Assembly (NCBI GenBank): GCA_027064425.1
Contig: JAMOPO010000015.1
Location: 352,001 to 416,000 of the forward strand
Direction of reading: 5' to 3'
From: Methanobacteriota archaeon
GTDB taxonomy: Archaea; JAADCQ01; Methanopyri; Methanopyrales; Methanopyraceae
DNA: 64,000 nucleotides
Shown here: piece by piece, positions 1 through 9,697 of the stretch
Layout of the letters: each line of letters begins with the position of its first letter
Position numbering within the stretch: the stretch's first letter is position 1
Program-made: the position numbers and the translations under genes
The notes under the pieces: generated by a model
The model's input: the letters and a program-made list of their open reading frames with translations, nothing else
Databases searched by the model: none
Told to the model about the DNA's origin: nothing

Positions 1-2
1 AG

Positions 3-443
3 ATCGTGGAGCTGATGAAGGCGGAGGCGCGGCTGTACCAGCTGCGGCACGGGCGGCGCATCAGCGCCCGGGCGATCGCGAACGTGACCTCCCACGTCCT
101 GCACTCCAGCCTCAAGGCCTTCCGACCGTACCTTGTGCAGCTGATCATCGGCGGGTTCAATCAGGACGAGCCCTCCCTGTACAACCTCGACCCCAGCGGC
201 TCGATCATCGAGGAGGACTACACGGCCACCGGCTCGGGCTCGCCCACGGCCTACGGTGTCCTGGAGGCCGAGTACGAGGAGGACATGTCCCTGGACGACG
301 CGATCGAGGTGGCCGTTCGCGCCGTTCACTCCGCCCTGGAGCGGGACACGGGCACGGGTGAGGGGGTGACCGTGGTCACGATCACGCGGGAGGAGGGGTA
401 CCGGGAGCTGCCGGAGGAGGACGTGGAGGAGTACCTCCCGTAG
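3..443 (+). CDS. psmB: Proteasome beta subunit (5'-truncated by window edge)
   Basis: LYNLDPSGSIIE..ATGSGSPTAYGVLE and ALERDTGTGEG motifs; conserved archaeal linkage to aCPSF1. Confidence 0.93.
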   Translation: MVELMKAEARLYQLRHGRRISARAIANVTSHVLHSSLKAFRPYLVQLIIGGFNQDEPSLYNLDPSGSIIEEDYTATGSGSPTAYGVLEAEYEEDMSLDDAIEVAVRAVHSALERDTGTGEGVTVVTITREEGYRELPEEDVEEYLP

Positions 444-513
444 GCGTAAGCGGGCGCTCTCCGACCCCCGACGATCCCCGGATGCCAACACCGGTGACGC
501 AGGGGCGGCGAGG

Positions 514-2469
514 TTGAGCGAAGGAGGTGGCAGGAAATCGCTGAGCGAGGTGAAGAAGGAGATCAAAGAGAAGGTGGAGGAGGTCCTCCCCTCAGACATC
601 GTCGTAACCGACGTGGACTTCGAGGGTCCCGAGGTCGTCATCTACACCAACTCGCCCCACTCCTTCGTCAAGGACGACTCCGACCTCATCACCCGGCTAG
701 CCAAGGCCCTGCGCAAGCGCGTCAAGATCCGACCCAACCCCAGCGCCCTCTCCCCCGCCAAGGACGCGAAGAAGGTCATCCTGGACATCATCCCGGAGGA
801 CGCCGGCGTCGACGAGCGGGACCTGCTCTTCCTGGAGACCGGTGAGGTCGTCATCTTCGCCAAGAAGCCGGGCCTCGTCATCGGTAAGCGCGGCAAGAAC
901 GTGCACAAGATCTCCCGGGACACCGGCTGGGTCCCGAAGATATACCGGAAACCGCCCATCCCCTCCAAGACCGTCAACACGACCCGCCGGCTCATCCTCT
1001 CCGACGACTCCCGCCGCGAGTTCCTCAAGAACGTCAGCGAGCGCATCTTCTGCGGCCGCACGCGCAGCCGCGGCAGCGAGTCCCGCTGGGCCCGCGTCAG
1101 CGCGCTCGGCGGGTTTCAGGAGGTCGGCCGCTCCGCTCTCTTCCTGCACACCGAGGAGAGCCGCGTGCTCCTTGACTGCGGCGTGAACGTCGCCGCCAAC
1201 GGCCGGGACGCGTACCCGCACTTCAACGTGCCCGAGTTCCGGATGGACGACCTGGACGCCGTCGTCATCACCCACGCGCACCTCGACCACTGCGGCTTCC
1301 TGCCCTACTTCTACCGGCACGAGGTCATCGAGAGCCGCGTGCCCGTGTACTGCACGCCGCCCACCCGCGACCTGATGTACCTCCTCCTCATTGACTACAT
1401 CAAGGTCATGGAGAAGCGCGGTCAGGAGCCCCCGTACACCGAGAAGGACGTCAAGAAGGTAATCAAGCGCACGATCACCCTCAACTACCGCGAGCCCACC
1501 GACATCACCCCGGACATCAGCATCACCTTCTACAACGCCGGCCACATCCTCGGCTCCGCCTCCGTGCACGTGTTCCTTCAGGACAAGGGCTACAACTTCG
1601 TGTACACGGGAGACATCAACCCGACCCCGTCCCGCCTCCTCGAGGGCGCGGACAATCAGTTCAAGCGCGTGGACTGCATGGTCATCGAGGCCACCTACGG
1701 CGACTCCCGGCACGGCAGCCGGCGCAAGGAGGAGGCCCGCTTCCGGAAGATCGTCCAGGAGACCATCCGGAAGGGTGGAAAGGTCCTCATCCCCTCCTTC
1801 GCCGTCGGGCGCGCCCAGGAGGTCATGCTCGTCCTCGAAGACATGTACCGCAAGGGCGAGCTCGAGTGCCCCGTGTACCTCGACGGCATGATCTACGAGG
1901 CGACCGCCATCCACTCCACCTACCCCGAGTACCTCAACAAGCGCCTCCAGCACCGGATCCTCCACGAGGACGACGACCCGTTCACCTCCGAGGTGTTCGA
2001 GCCCGTCGAGGGCTCCGACCACCGGCGCGCGATCATCGAGGACGATGACCCGGCCGTGATCCTCTCCACCTCCGGCATGCTCGAGGGCGGACCCATCCTC
2101 GAGTACCTCAAGGAGCTCTCCGAGGACCCTAAGAACACGCTCGTGTTCGTGGGCTACCAGGCCGAGGGCACGCTGGGTCGGCAGATTCAGGAGGGTGCCA
2201 AGGAGGTCCCGCTCCCCACCCCGGAGGGCAAAACCGAGACGCTCCGGATCAAGCTCCGCGTCGAGACCGTGAGCGGGTTCAGCGGCCACGGCGACAAGAT
2301 CGAGCTGACCAAGTACGTCCGGACGGTCAAGCCCTCCCCGCCACCGAAGATCTTCACCAACCACGGCGAACCCAAGGCCTGCAAGCACCTGTCGAACCAC
2401 TTAAGGCGGACGTTCAGGAAGGTTTTCTCCATGGCCCCTGAGAACCTCGAGTGCTTCCGGCTGACGTGA
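514..2469 (+). CDS. fttA: aCPSF1/FttA KH-domain beta-CASP ribonuclease (transcription termination factor)
   Basis: N-terminal KH (GLVIGKRG), HAHLDH metallo-beta-lactamase motif, AGHILGSA, FSGHGD, NHGE. Confidence 0.95.
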   Translation: MSEGGGRKSLSEVKKEIKEKVEEVLPSDIVVTDVDFEGPEVVIYTNSPHSFVKDDSDLITRLAKALRKRVKIRPNPSALSPAKDAKKVILDIIPEDAGVDERDLLFLETGEVVIFAKKPGLVIGKRGKNVHKISRDTGWVPKIYRKPPIPSKTVNTTRRLILSDDSRREFLKNVSERIFCGRTRSRGSESRWARVSALGGFQEVGRSALFLHTEESRVLLDCGVNVAANGRDAYPHFNVPEFRMDDLDAVVITHAHLDHCGFLPYFYRHEVIESRVPVYCTPPTRDLMYLLLIDYIKVMEKRGQEPPYTEKDVKKVIKRTITLNYREPTDITPDISITFYNAGHILGSASVHVFLQDKGYNFVYTGDINPTPSRLLEGADNQFKRVDCMVIEATYGDSRHGSRRKEEARFRKIVQETIRKGGKVLIPSFAVGRAQEVMLVLEDMYRKGELECPVYLDGMIYEATAIHSTYPEYLNKRLQHRILHEDDDPFTSEVFEPVEGSDHRRAIIEDDDPAVILSTSGMLEGGPILEYLKELSEDPKNTLVFVGYQAEGTLGRQIQEGAKEVPLPTPEGKTETLRIKLRVETVSGFSGHGDKIELTKYVRTVKPSPPPKIFTNHGEPKACKHLSNHLRRTFRKVFSMAPENLECFRLT

Positions 2470-2496
2470 CCCCAACCGTGGCCGAGGGTGGTGCCC

Positions 2497-3537
2497 GTGA
2501 GCGAGCAGATGACGTACAAGGACGCGGGCGTGGACATCGACAAGGAGGCCCTCGCCGTCAGGGCGATCCGGGAGGTCCTCGAGCGGCACCGGATCGAGCC
2601 CGAGGAGTGCGAGGAGGTCGAGGGGATCGGCCACTACGCCGCGGTCCTGCGCGTGCGCGACCAGCTCATGACGCTCAACGTGGACGGGGTCGGCTCGAAG
2701 GTCCTCGTCGCCCAGCTCGTGGACCGGTACGACACCGTGGGCATCGACGCGATCGCGATGAACGCGAACGACGCGATCTGCCTGGGCGCACGGCCCGTCG
2801 CCTTCCTCGATTACTTGGCCATGGAAGACCCGGACCCGGACGTGTGTCGGGAGATCGCTAAGGGGCTGGCCGAGGGGGCCAAGGAGGCCGGTGCGCCGGT
2901 CGTGGGCGGCGAGCTCGCCACCCTGCCCGAGATCGTGCGGGGCGAGCGGGAGGGTCGCGGCTTCGACCTGGTCGTGGCCTGCCTAGGGCTCCTGGACGGG
3001 GAGCCCGTGACGGGTGAGGAGATCGAGCCGGGTGACGCGATCGTCGGGCTCCGCAGCTCGGGGATCCACAGCAACGGGCTCACCCTGGCTCGGAAGGTCC
3101 TGCTCCGGGAGTACGATCCGGACGACGAGCTGCCGCACGGTCGAACGGTGGCGGAGGAGCTGCTCGAGCCGACGCGAATCTACGTGCGCCCGGTCCTGAG
3201 GGTGCTGGAGGAGTTCGAGGTGCACGGGATCGCGCACATTACCGGGGGCGGGTTCGAGAACCTGAAGCGGCTGCGGGAGGACGTGCGCTACGTCATCGAC
3301 GACCCGCTGAAGCCCCAGCCGATCTTCGAGATCATCCGGGAGCTGGGCAACGTCCCGCTGGACGAAATGTACCGGACGTTCAACATGGGGATGGGAATGG
3401 CGCTCGTGGTTCCGGAGGAGGAGGCGGAGGACGTGGTGGACGCGGTCTCGGGCGAGGTGGAGGCGAAGGTGGTGGGTCGAGTCGAGGAGGGCGAGGGCGT
3501 GGTGATTGAGGCGGAGGAGGGGAAGGTCCGGCTCTGA
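2497..3537 (+). CDS. purM: Phosphoribosylformylglycinamidine cyclo-ligase (AIR synthetase)
   Basis: TYKDAGVDI, DGVGSK, SSGIHSNG, AHITGGG, MYRTFNMG; GTG start chosen by SD spacing (2488 also possible). Confidence 0.95.
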   Translation: MSEQMTYKDAGVDIDKEALAVRAIREVLERHRIEPEECEEVEGIGHYAAVLRVRDQLMTLNVDGVGSKVLVAQLVDRYDTVGIDAIAMNANDAICLGARPVAFLDYLAMEDPDPDVCREIAKGLAEGAKEAGAPVVGGELATLPEIVRGEREGRGFDLVVACLGLLDGEPVTGEEIEPGDAIVGLRSSGIHSNGLTLARKVLLREYDPDDELPHGRTVAEELLEPTRIYVRPVLRVLEEFEVHGIAHITGGGFENLKRLREDVRYVIDDPLKPQPIFEIIRELGNVPLDEMYRTFNMGMGMALVVPEEEAEDVVDAVSGEVEAKVVGRVEEGEGVVIEAEEGKVRL

Positions 3538-3550
3538 TCGCCCCCGGTGG

Positions 3551-3575
3551 AAACGTTACGAATCTCGTAACGATT
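3551..3575. repeat. Dispersed palindrome, copy 1 (AAACGTTACGA-ATC-TCGTAACGATT)
   Basis: 11-3-11 inverted repeat between convergent purM and rpl32e; same motif recurs at 18693, 28797, 32092. Confidence 0.85.
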
Positions 3576-3615
3576 GGGAGGAACAAGGACAGGGCGTCCG
3601 ATCCGGGCGTCCGGC

Positions 3616-4020
3616 TCAGGCGTTCAGGACCACGATGCCCAGCTCCTCCGCCTTCTTGAGGATCTCGCGCCGCTTGCGCTTACCGACGCGGGAGGCGATC
3701 CGCGCCGCCTGGCGCTCCGGGTCGATCTTCTCCAGGTCCTTCGGGTTGTAAACGAGCACCTCCTCGTACCCGGACGGGTGCAGGCCGCGCACCTTCTTCG
3801 GTGACCGGTAGCCCGGGTTGGGCATCTTGGGCTTGCCCTTCAGCTTGCGGCGCATCTTGCTGTGCCGACCCTTGGGCCGGCGCCACTTCTCGCCCAGGCG
3901 CTTGTACCGGTGCCACTCCTGGCGCCGGAACTTGGGCTTCTTGCGCTTAAGCTCCTCCCGGAGCTTGAGCAGGCGCTCCTCCTCCTTGGACAGGTTCGGG
4001 TTGCGGACCAAGGGCGCCAC
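3616..4020 (-). CDS. rpl32e: 50S ribosomal protein L32e
   Basis: [33 protein letters not shown]. Confidence 0.96.
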   Translation of the reverse strand: MAPLVRNPNLSKEEERLLKLREELKRKKPKFRRQEWHRYKRLGEKWRRPKGRHSKMRRKLKGKPKMPNPGYRSPKKVRGLHPSGYEEVLVYNPKDLEKIDPERQAARIASRVGKRKRREILKKAEELGIVVLNA

Positions 4021-4023
4021 CCC

Positions 4024-4647
4024 TTAGACGCGTGGCTCGATCTTCTTGCCGTCCTTCTCGACGATGTAGATACCGTCCTGGAACACCCGCGGGTCGCGAT
4101 CCTTGATCTCGGTCGCCTGCTCCAGGTTGGCCGCGGTCTGACCCACGGCCTCCTTGTCGATGCCTCGAACGATGATGTCCTGACCCTTGACGATGACCTC
4201 GGTGTTCTCCGGGTCCACGATCTCGGCGACCCGCGGCACGTTCTCACCCATGAAGTTCTCGATGTACACCTTGCCCTTCTCCTGGTCCACCTTGACCTCC
4301 GGCGGGAAGTGCGAGTACACCAGCTTGAGCTTGTACTCGTGGCCCTCGGTGACACCCTTCTGCATGTTCTTGATGTAGGACTTGATCATGCCGAGGATGG
4401 CCTTGGTCCGCCGGTTGTGCTTCGTGGCGGCGATGACGACCTCGTCGTCCTCGAGCCACATGTAAACGTCCGGGTAGTAGAACTCCTTCGTGACCTCACC
4501 CTTGGGACCCTTGACCGTGACCTCGTAGCGCCGGTCGTGCCGCTGCTCGATCTCGACCTCCACCTCGTCCTTGATCTTAACCCGCTCCTCCATCACGATA
4601 ACGCCGGGGATGGCGTCCTCGGCCGGCTCGAGCCGGGCCTCGGACAT
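4024..4647 (-). CDS. rpl6: 50S ribosomal protein L6
   Basis: [34 protein letters not shown]. Confidence 0.96.
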   Translation of the reverse strand: MSEARLEPAEDAIPGVIVMEERVKIKDEVEVEIEQRHDRRYEVTVKGPKGEVTKEFYYPDVYMWLEDDEVVIAATKHNRRTKAILGMIKSYIKNMQKGVTEGHEYKLKLVYSHFPPEVKVDQEKGKVYIENFMGENVPRVAEIVDPENTEVIVKGQDIIVRGIDKEAVGQTAANLEQATEIKDRDPRVFQDGIYIVEKDGKKIEPRV

Positions 4648-4659
4648 GGCCGGCTCCCC

Positions 4660-5052
4660 CTAGTACACGTAGGCCAGCAGTCGGCCGCCGATGCCGCGCT
4701 CCTTCGCCTCGTAGTGAGACATCACGCCCTCGGGCGTGGTCACGATCAGGATGCCGAAGTCACGGGCCGGCAGGTACCGCTGCTCCCAGTACTCCCACTC
4801 GTCCTTCTTCACCGGGTGCCGGGGCTTGATCACGCCGCAGTCGTTGATCCTGCCCACCAGCCGGACCAGGAACTTGCCGGAACGTCCGTCGTCGATGAAC
4901 TCGAAGCTGCCGATGTATCCGTGCTCCTGCATGACCTTCAGCACGCGGCCGATGAGCTTGGAGGCGGGCTCGATGACGCACTCCTTGTTGCCGACCATCT
5001 CGTTGTTCTTGATCGTGGCCATCGCGTCGGCCAGCGGGTCCATCAGGGTCAT
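4660..5052 (-). CDS. rps8: 30S ribosomal protein S8
   Basis: [27 protein letters not shown]. Confidence 0.97.
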   Translation of the reverse strand: MTLMDPLADAMATIKNNEMVGNKECVIEPASKLIGRVLKVMQEHGYIGSFEFIDDGRSGKFLVRLVGRINDCGVIKPRHPVKKDEWEYWEQRYLPARDFGILIVTTPEGVMSHYEAKERGIGGRLLAYVY

Positions 5053-5091
5053 GAGGGCGTCACCCCCCAGGGACCGCGGGTGGGTGCGGGC

Positions 5092-5238
5092 CTAGTGGTA
5101 CTTCTTGAAACCCATCTTCTCCGCCACCTCTCGGAAGCACTGCCGACAGAGCATGATCCCGTACTTCTGAATGACTCCGTGCGTGTCGCCACAGCGCCGG
5201 CACCTGCGAGCGCCCTTACCAAACTCCCGCTTGGCCAT
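5092..5238 (-). CDS. rps14: 30S ribosomal protein S14 (Zn-binding; below ORF-track length cutoff)
   Basis: Manual translation [48 protein letters not shown]; expected position between rpl5 and rps8. Confidence 0.95.
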   Translation of the reverse strand: MAKREFGKGARRCRRCGDTHGVIQKYGIMLCRQCFREVAEKMGFKKYH

Positions 5239-5244
5239 GGCTCG

Positions 5245-5808
5245 TCACCCCGGCACGACCTCCACGTCGAACTCCTCCTCCATGAAGACGATTCCCTCCT
5301 CCTTCGTCAGGCGGTGTCGACGCGGGATGGGCCGGCGGCAGCGGCGGCGACGCATCACGCGGAACCCGGGTCGTTCCAGTACCACGGCGATGTCCATTCC
5401 GAAAATACCGATTTCGGGGTCGTACTCGACGCCCTCGATGGCGATGTGCTCTTCCAGGCCGAACGAGACGTTGCCGAACTCATCGAACTGGCTCTCCTTC
5501 AGCTCGCGACCGATAGCGTCCAGGGCCTTGTCCAGGAACTCCCGGGCCCGCTCGCGGCGCAGGTCCACCTTGACGCCGATGGGCTGGCCGCGGCGGATAC
5601 CGAAGCTCGGGTTCGTCTCCTTGGCGACCGTGTACACGGGCTTCTGGCCGGTGAGATCGTGGAGGAGCTGGTAGGCCTTCTCCAGCCGCTCGCCCGACTC
5701 GCCGACGCCGATGTTGACCGTGACCTTACCGATCCGCGGCCGGCGCATCGGGTTGCTCTCCCAGTCCTCGAGGATCTTGCGACGGGTCTCCTCGTCCACG
5801 ACGGACAA
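5245..5808 (-). CDS. rpl5: 50S ribosomal protein L5
   Basis: [42 protein letters not shown]. Confidence 0.97.
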   Translation of the reverse strand: MSVVDEETRRKILEDWESNPMRRPRIGKVTVNIGVGESGERLEKAYQLLHDLTGQKPVYTVAKETNPSFGIRRGQPIGVKVDLRRERAREFLDKALDAIGRELKESQFDEFGNVSFGLEEHIAIEGVEYDPEIGIFGMDIAVVLERPGFRVMRRRRCRRPIPRRHRLTKEEGIVFMEEEFDVEVVPG

Positions 5809-5814
5809 GGGTGG

Positions 5815-6603
5815 CTAGGCCCCCTCCTCGGGCTGGACGGTGACCAGTGGCTCGTCCTTGCCGATCACGATGAGCCGGTCCTTCGTCGTCTGGAACTGGT
5901 CGCCCTCCTCGTTTTCGATGGTCACGAGGTCCTCCTGCGGGCCCTGGATCTTCTTGATCTCGACGATGCGGCCGACCTCGCCCGCGTGCCGGCCCATCAT
6001 GACGTAGACGTATACGCCCTCCTCCATCGGGATGTGGTCCTCCACCTCCCACCGCTCGTCGCTGTCCGGCTCCGGCAGCCGCAGGACCAGGCTGTCGCCG
6101 ACGCTGTACACGTCCTCCTTCGGGTCCGTCGGGTCCTCGATCTCCACGAGCCAGTTCTTGCCGTCGTGCATGGTGATCTGCAGGTCGCCGCCCTTGACGT
6201 ACGTCTTGTTCTTGATCCGGCAGACCTTGATCCGGGCCTCCTCCTCGTCGATGGGCACCACGTCGATCCGGTGGTGACGGTTCATGATCACCCGGTAGCA
6301 CTCGCCCGTTCGCGGGATCTCCACGACGTCCATGATGCCGACCGGGTACTTCGGCTCCTTCCGCGGCACGCCGTCGACGTAGATCTCACCGCGCGTGATG
6401 ATCTTCCGCGCCTCTCGGGCGTAGTCCGCGTAGCCCAGGATGTCTCGGACCAAGATCAGCATTGGCACGCTCGTATCCATCGTGTGCGGGCCGGGGTACG
6501 GGCGCGGGGCGAACTTACCGCCTTCCTTCCGCGGGATCGGCCAGGAGTACGGCGCGGCCAGGCGCTTGATGTGGCGCTTGGGACCGCTCCGCGCGCGACC
6601 CAT
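5815..6603 (-). CDS. rps4e: 30S ribosomal protein S4e
   Basis: HIKRLAAPYSW, PGPH, YPVGIMDV, HDGKN. Confidence 0.96.
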   Translation of the reverse strand: MGRARSGPKRHIKRLAAPYSWPIPRKEGGKFAPRPYPGPHTMDTSVPMLILVRDILGYADYAREARKIITRGEIYVDGVPRKEPKYPVGIMDVVEIPRTGECYRVIMNRHHRIDVVPIDEEEARIKVCRIKNKTYVKGGDLQITMHDGKNWLVEIEDPTDPKEDVYSVGDSLVLRLPEPDSDERWEVEDHIPMEEGVYVYVMMGRHAGEVGRIVEIKKIQGPQEDLVTIENEEGDQFQTTKDRLIVIGKDEPLVTVQPEEGA

Positions 6604-6615
6604 TCAGAGCACCCC

Positions 6616-7107
6616 CTACTCCTCTCCCTCAGATTCCTCTTCGGACTCGGACTCCTCCTCGGCCTTCTCTTCGCGCTCCTCCTTCTCTTCTTCTTCCTTA
6701 CCCTCCTTCTCCAGCTCCCGAGCGTCCAGCTCCTCGGGGGTTCCACCGGAGCGCTCGATGATCTTGCGGCGCATCGGGTCGTCGAGCTTGGGCTTGAGGA
6801 TCATGACGTTGGACGGGTGGATCGGGTAGTACACCTCCTCACCGTCCGAGCGCTCGATCGTGGCACCCTCGACGTAGATACGCATGCGTTTCAGGTCCAC
6901 CTTGACGACCTCGCCCTCGTGCCCCTTGAAGTCACCGCGCATGATCCGGACGATGTCGCCCTTCCGGATGGGCAGGCTGCGCCGGTTGTACCGCTTCCGG
7001 AGCTCCGGGTGCAGGGTCGCGCTCATCAGCTTCTGCCGCTTGTGGAGGGGGGCGTTGAAGAAGGCCTTGCGCTGCTTGCGCGGCTGTCTGGACTTGGTCC
7101 AGCGCAC
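6616..7107 (-). CDS. rpl24: 50S ribosomal protein L24 with acidic C-terminal tail
   Basis: [36 protein letters not shown]. Confidence 0.96.
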   Translation of the reverse strand: MRWTKSRQPRKQRKAFFNAPLHKRQKLMSATLHPELRKRYNRRSLPIRKGDIVRIMRGDFKGHEGEVVKVDLKRMRIYVEGATIERSDGEEVYYPIHPSNVMILKPKLDDPMRRKIIERSGGTPEELDARELEKEGKEEEEKEEREEKAEEESESEEESEGEE

Positions 7108-7119
7108 GGTCGGGACCCC

Positions 7120-7521
7120 CTATACGATGATGCTCGCCAGGCTGCCGATGCGCGGCCAGCGCTCGGCCGCCTCCTTGGCCACGGGTCCTCGGATCTCGGA
7201 GCCTCGCGGGGCACCGTCCGGGGTCGTGATCACGGCCGCGTTGTCCTCGAACTTAACCCGGGTTCCGTCGGGCCGGCGGTACTCCTTCTTCTGCCGGATG
7301 ATCACCGCGTTCACAACCTCCTTCTTCATGTCCGGCGTACCCTCCTTCACCGAGCAGACGACCATGTCACCGATCCCGGCGTTCGGCAGCCGGCGCCGGA
7401 CGCCCTTGTAGCCCTTGACCGCGATGATCTGCAGCTCCCGGGCTCCGGTGTTGTCCGCGCAGACGAGCCGGGCGCCCACCGGCAGCGCGGCGCGCGGGGA
7501 CTTGGCCTTGATCGGGCGCAT
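7120..7521 (-). CDS. rpl14: 50S ribosomal protein L14
   Basis: [28 protein letters not shown]. Confidence 0.97.
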   Translation of the reverse strand: MRPIKAKSPRAALPVGARLVCADNTGARELQIIAVKGYKGVRRRLPNAGIGDMVVCSVKEGTPDMKKEVVNAVIIRQKKEYRRPDGTRVKFEDNAAVITTPDGAPRGSEIRGPVAKEAAERWPRIGSLASIIV

Positions 7522-7865
7522 CAGCGCTCACCCGCCCGCTCCAGGACTTCGATGACGACGAAGCTCTTCGTCTTGCTCAGGGGCCGGCACTCCGCGATCT
7601 TGACCCGGTCACCCTCGCGGGCGTCGATGCACGGCGGGTTGTGCGCGGGAATCCGGGACCGCCGGCGCTCCCAGCGCTCGTACTTGTGGTCGTACTTGTA
7701 GTACTCGCGCTCCACGATCACGGTCTTGTCCATCCGGTCGCTGACCACCACGCCCTCCAGGATCATCCCGCGGACCCTCAGGTTGCCGTGGAACGGGCAG
7801 TTCGGGTCGTCACACTCCCGCTTGGGCGGCGTGACTCCGAGCCCGATGTCCTTCGCCTTCGCCAA
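7521..7865 (-). CDS. rps17: 30S ribosomal protein S17
   Basis: [27 protein letters not shown]. Confidence 0.97.
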   Translation of the reverse strand: MAKAKDIGLGVTPPKRECDDPNCPFHGNLRVRGMILEGVVVSDRMDKTVIVEREYYKYDHKYERWERRRSRIPAHNPPCIDAREGDRVKIAECRPLSKTKSFVVIEVLERAGER

Positions 7866-7879
7866 GGACCTGCACCCCC

Positions 7880-8203
7880 TCAGTCCAGGTAGTCCTCCGG
7901 GTCGAAGCGGCCACGGACGGTCTCCGCGTACTTGAACCGCTTAGTTAGCCTTTCCTCCGGACGACCCACGAGCAGGGCGCCGTCAACGCGCACGCGCTCG
8001 CCGGAGGGCAGCTTGAGCTCGAGCAGCACCTGATCTTTTACTATAACCTTTTCACCGGAGTCCGTCTCGAGCACGAGCGTGTTCTTCGTCTCGTCCACGA
8101 TCACGCCCTCCAGACCCTCGTACGGCGGCCCGAGCGACTTGATCACCCGGCACTCCAGTCCTATGAGCTCGTGCCGCAGAAGGTTCCTGGGGGTGATGGG
8201 CAC
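7880..8203 (-). CDS. rnp1: Ribonuclease P protein component 1 (Rpp29/Pop4)
   Basis: [34 protein letters not shown]; usual position before rps17. Confidence 0.93.
   Translation of the reverse strand: MPITPRNLLRHELIGLECRVIKSLGPPYEGLEGVIVDETKNTLVLETDSGEKVIVKDQVLLELKLPSGERVRVDGALLVGRPEERLTKRFKYAETVRGRFDPEDYLD
8034..8053. promoter_or_regulatory. AT-rich island inside rnp1, candidate BRE/TATA
   Basis: TCTTTTACTATAACCTTTTC in a high-GC CDS; minus strand reads GAAAAGGTTATAGTAAAAGA. Confidence 0.4.
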
Positions 8204-8632
8204 GTGTCTTCCCCCACCGTCAAGGTCTTCCGCTCGGAGACCTGCCGGCGGCTGCTCTCCCTGGCCCTCGAGGAGGCGAGGGACATCGAGCGCGGCTCGG
8301 ACGACGTCCGGTACGACGCGGACGAGCGCGTCCTGCGGCTCTCGGACGACCCGGCCCGACTCACGATCACCTCGGAGCGGGCGGCGGAGCTGCTCGGGGG
8401 CGACGACCGCGTCGAGCTGACGTTCAACGACCCGGCCGTGGCCGAGACGGAGCGGTGCTGCTTCCTGGACAAGATCCGGCTGGCCGAGGAGCTCGGACGC
8501 CTCCTGGTGCAGCGCAAATTCGAGGAGTTTGCGGAGCGCGTGCGCGGCCTGTCCGAGACCGCCCGAGTCGAGCTGTCCGGCGACCCGGAGTACGAGCCCG
8601 TCGCCCTCCGGTCACCCCTCACCCAGCCGTGA
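8204..8632 (+). CDS. Hypothetical protein (lineage-specific, possible paralogue of 14080-14649)
   Basis: Host-like codon usage and acidic composition; fills gap between rnp1 and aksF; start uncertain (8204 GTG or 8171). Confidence 0.6.
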   Translation: MSSPTVKVFRSETCRRLLSLALEEARDIERGSDDVRYDADERVLRLSDDPARLTITSERAAELLGGDDRVELTFNDPAVAETERCCFLDKIRLAEELGRLLVQRKFEEFAERVRGLSETARVELSGDPEYEPVALRSPLTQP

Positions 8633-9697
8633 GACGATCTCCTCCGTCACCTCCTCCGTGCTCGCCTTCCCACCGATGTCCGGCGTCCGCACGCCCTCTC
8701 GCAGCGTCTCTTCCACCGCGCGCTCGACCGCCCTCGCCTCCTCCTCGTATCCCAGCCACTCGAGCATCATGGCGGCGGAGAGGATGGCGGCGATGGGGTT
8801 GGCGATGCCCTTGCCGGCGATGTCGGGCGCGGACCCGTGCACCGGCTCGAACAGCGCGTGCTCCTCACCCAGGTTCGCGCTCGGCGCCAGGCCGAGACTG
8901 CCCATCAGCCCGGCGGCCAGGTCGGAGAGGACGTCCCCGAAGAGGTTGGAGGTTAGGATTACGTCGAAGCGGTCGGGCTCGAGCACGAGCTTGTAGGCGG
9001 CCGCGTCCACGTACTCCTCCTCCCACTCCAGGCCCCGGGACTCGATCACCTCGGCCGCCTCGCGCTTGAACGTCCCGCAGGTGAGCTTCAGCACGTTCGC
9101 CTTGTGGACGATCGTGACCCTCCCGTCCCGATCCTCGGCCAGGTCGCAGGCGACCTCCGCGACCCTGCGGGCGCCCTTCCGGGAGATCTTCCGGAGGGCG
9201 ATGGTGACCCCGTCGTGCACCTCGCACTCGCAGCCGACGTAGAGCCCCTCCGTGTTCTCGCGCACGATCACAAAGTCAAACTCGGTCTCGGTGGGCCGGG
9301 GGACGGGCCAGGACCGGGCGGGTCGGACGTTCGCGTACAGGTCCAGCTCCCGCCGCAGGCGGACGATGGGGCTCTCCGCCTCGGGGTCCTCGGGCGTCGT
9401 GCAGGCGCCGAAGAGCACGGCATCCGCCTCGCGGCACGCCTCGATGGTGTCCTCCTCGATGGTCACGCCCTTCTCCTTCCAGAGCCGGTAGCCGGCCCTC
9501 CGCTCCTCGAGCTCCAGCTCGCCGCCGAGAACCTCACGGAGGACGCGGACGGCGGCGTCGATCACCTCGGGACCGATGCCGTCGCCGGGGATCACGACGA
9601 CGGTGGGCGACGCGTCCACCCCCGCGGTCGGTCGGGGAGGACCCTCCGCAAGGCCAATCCTCTTCATCCCGGCGTCCAGCCGGGGCAGGCTCTTCAT
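8612..9697 (-). CDS. Isopropylmalate/homoisocitrate dehydrogenase family (AksF/LeuB-like)
   Basis: IPGDGIGPEV, LYANVRP, RENTEGLY, HKANVL, NLFGDVLSD, FEPVHGSAPDIAGKG; start could be GTG 9619. Confidence 0.9.
   Translation of the reverse strand: MKSLPRLDAGMKRIGLAEGPPRPTAGVDASPTVVVIPGDGIGPEVIDAAVRVLREVLGGELELEERRAGYRLWKEKGVTIEEDTIEACREADAVLFGACTTPEDPEAESPIVRLRRELDLYANVRPARSWPVPRPTETEFDFVIVRENTEGLYVGCECEVHDGVTIALRKISRKGARRVAEVACDLAEDRDGRVTIVHKANVLKLTCGTFKREAAEVIESRGLEWEEEYVDAAAYKLVLEPDRFDVILTSNLFGDVLSDLAAGLMGSLGLAPSANLGEEHALFEPVHGSAPDIAGKGIANPIAAILSAAMMLEWLGYEEEARAVERAVEETLREGVRTPDIGGKASTEEVTEEIVSRLGEG

Noticed and set aside
444-513. Possible C/D sRNA between psmB and fttA
   Set aside because: Only degenerate CCGA/CGACGA boxes; no convincing C box
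697-2400. Long antisense ORFs (also 21297-22439, 51210-52520, 61474-63330 and others)
   Set aside because: Mirror frames of well-supported genes, no recognisable motifs
3551-3575. Palindrome as CRISPR repeat or dif site
   Set aside because: Copies are kilobases apart with no spacers or cas genes; a 3-nt centre does not fit the 11-6-11 dif geometry
3862-7701. 1279-aa plus-strand ORF
   Set aside because: Antisense shadow of the ribosomal operon; stop-free because of high GC and biased codon usage
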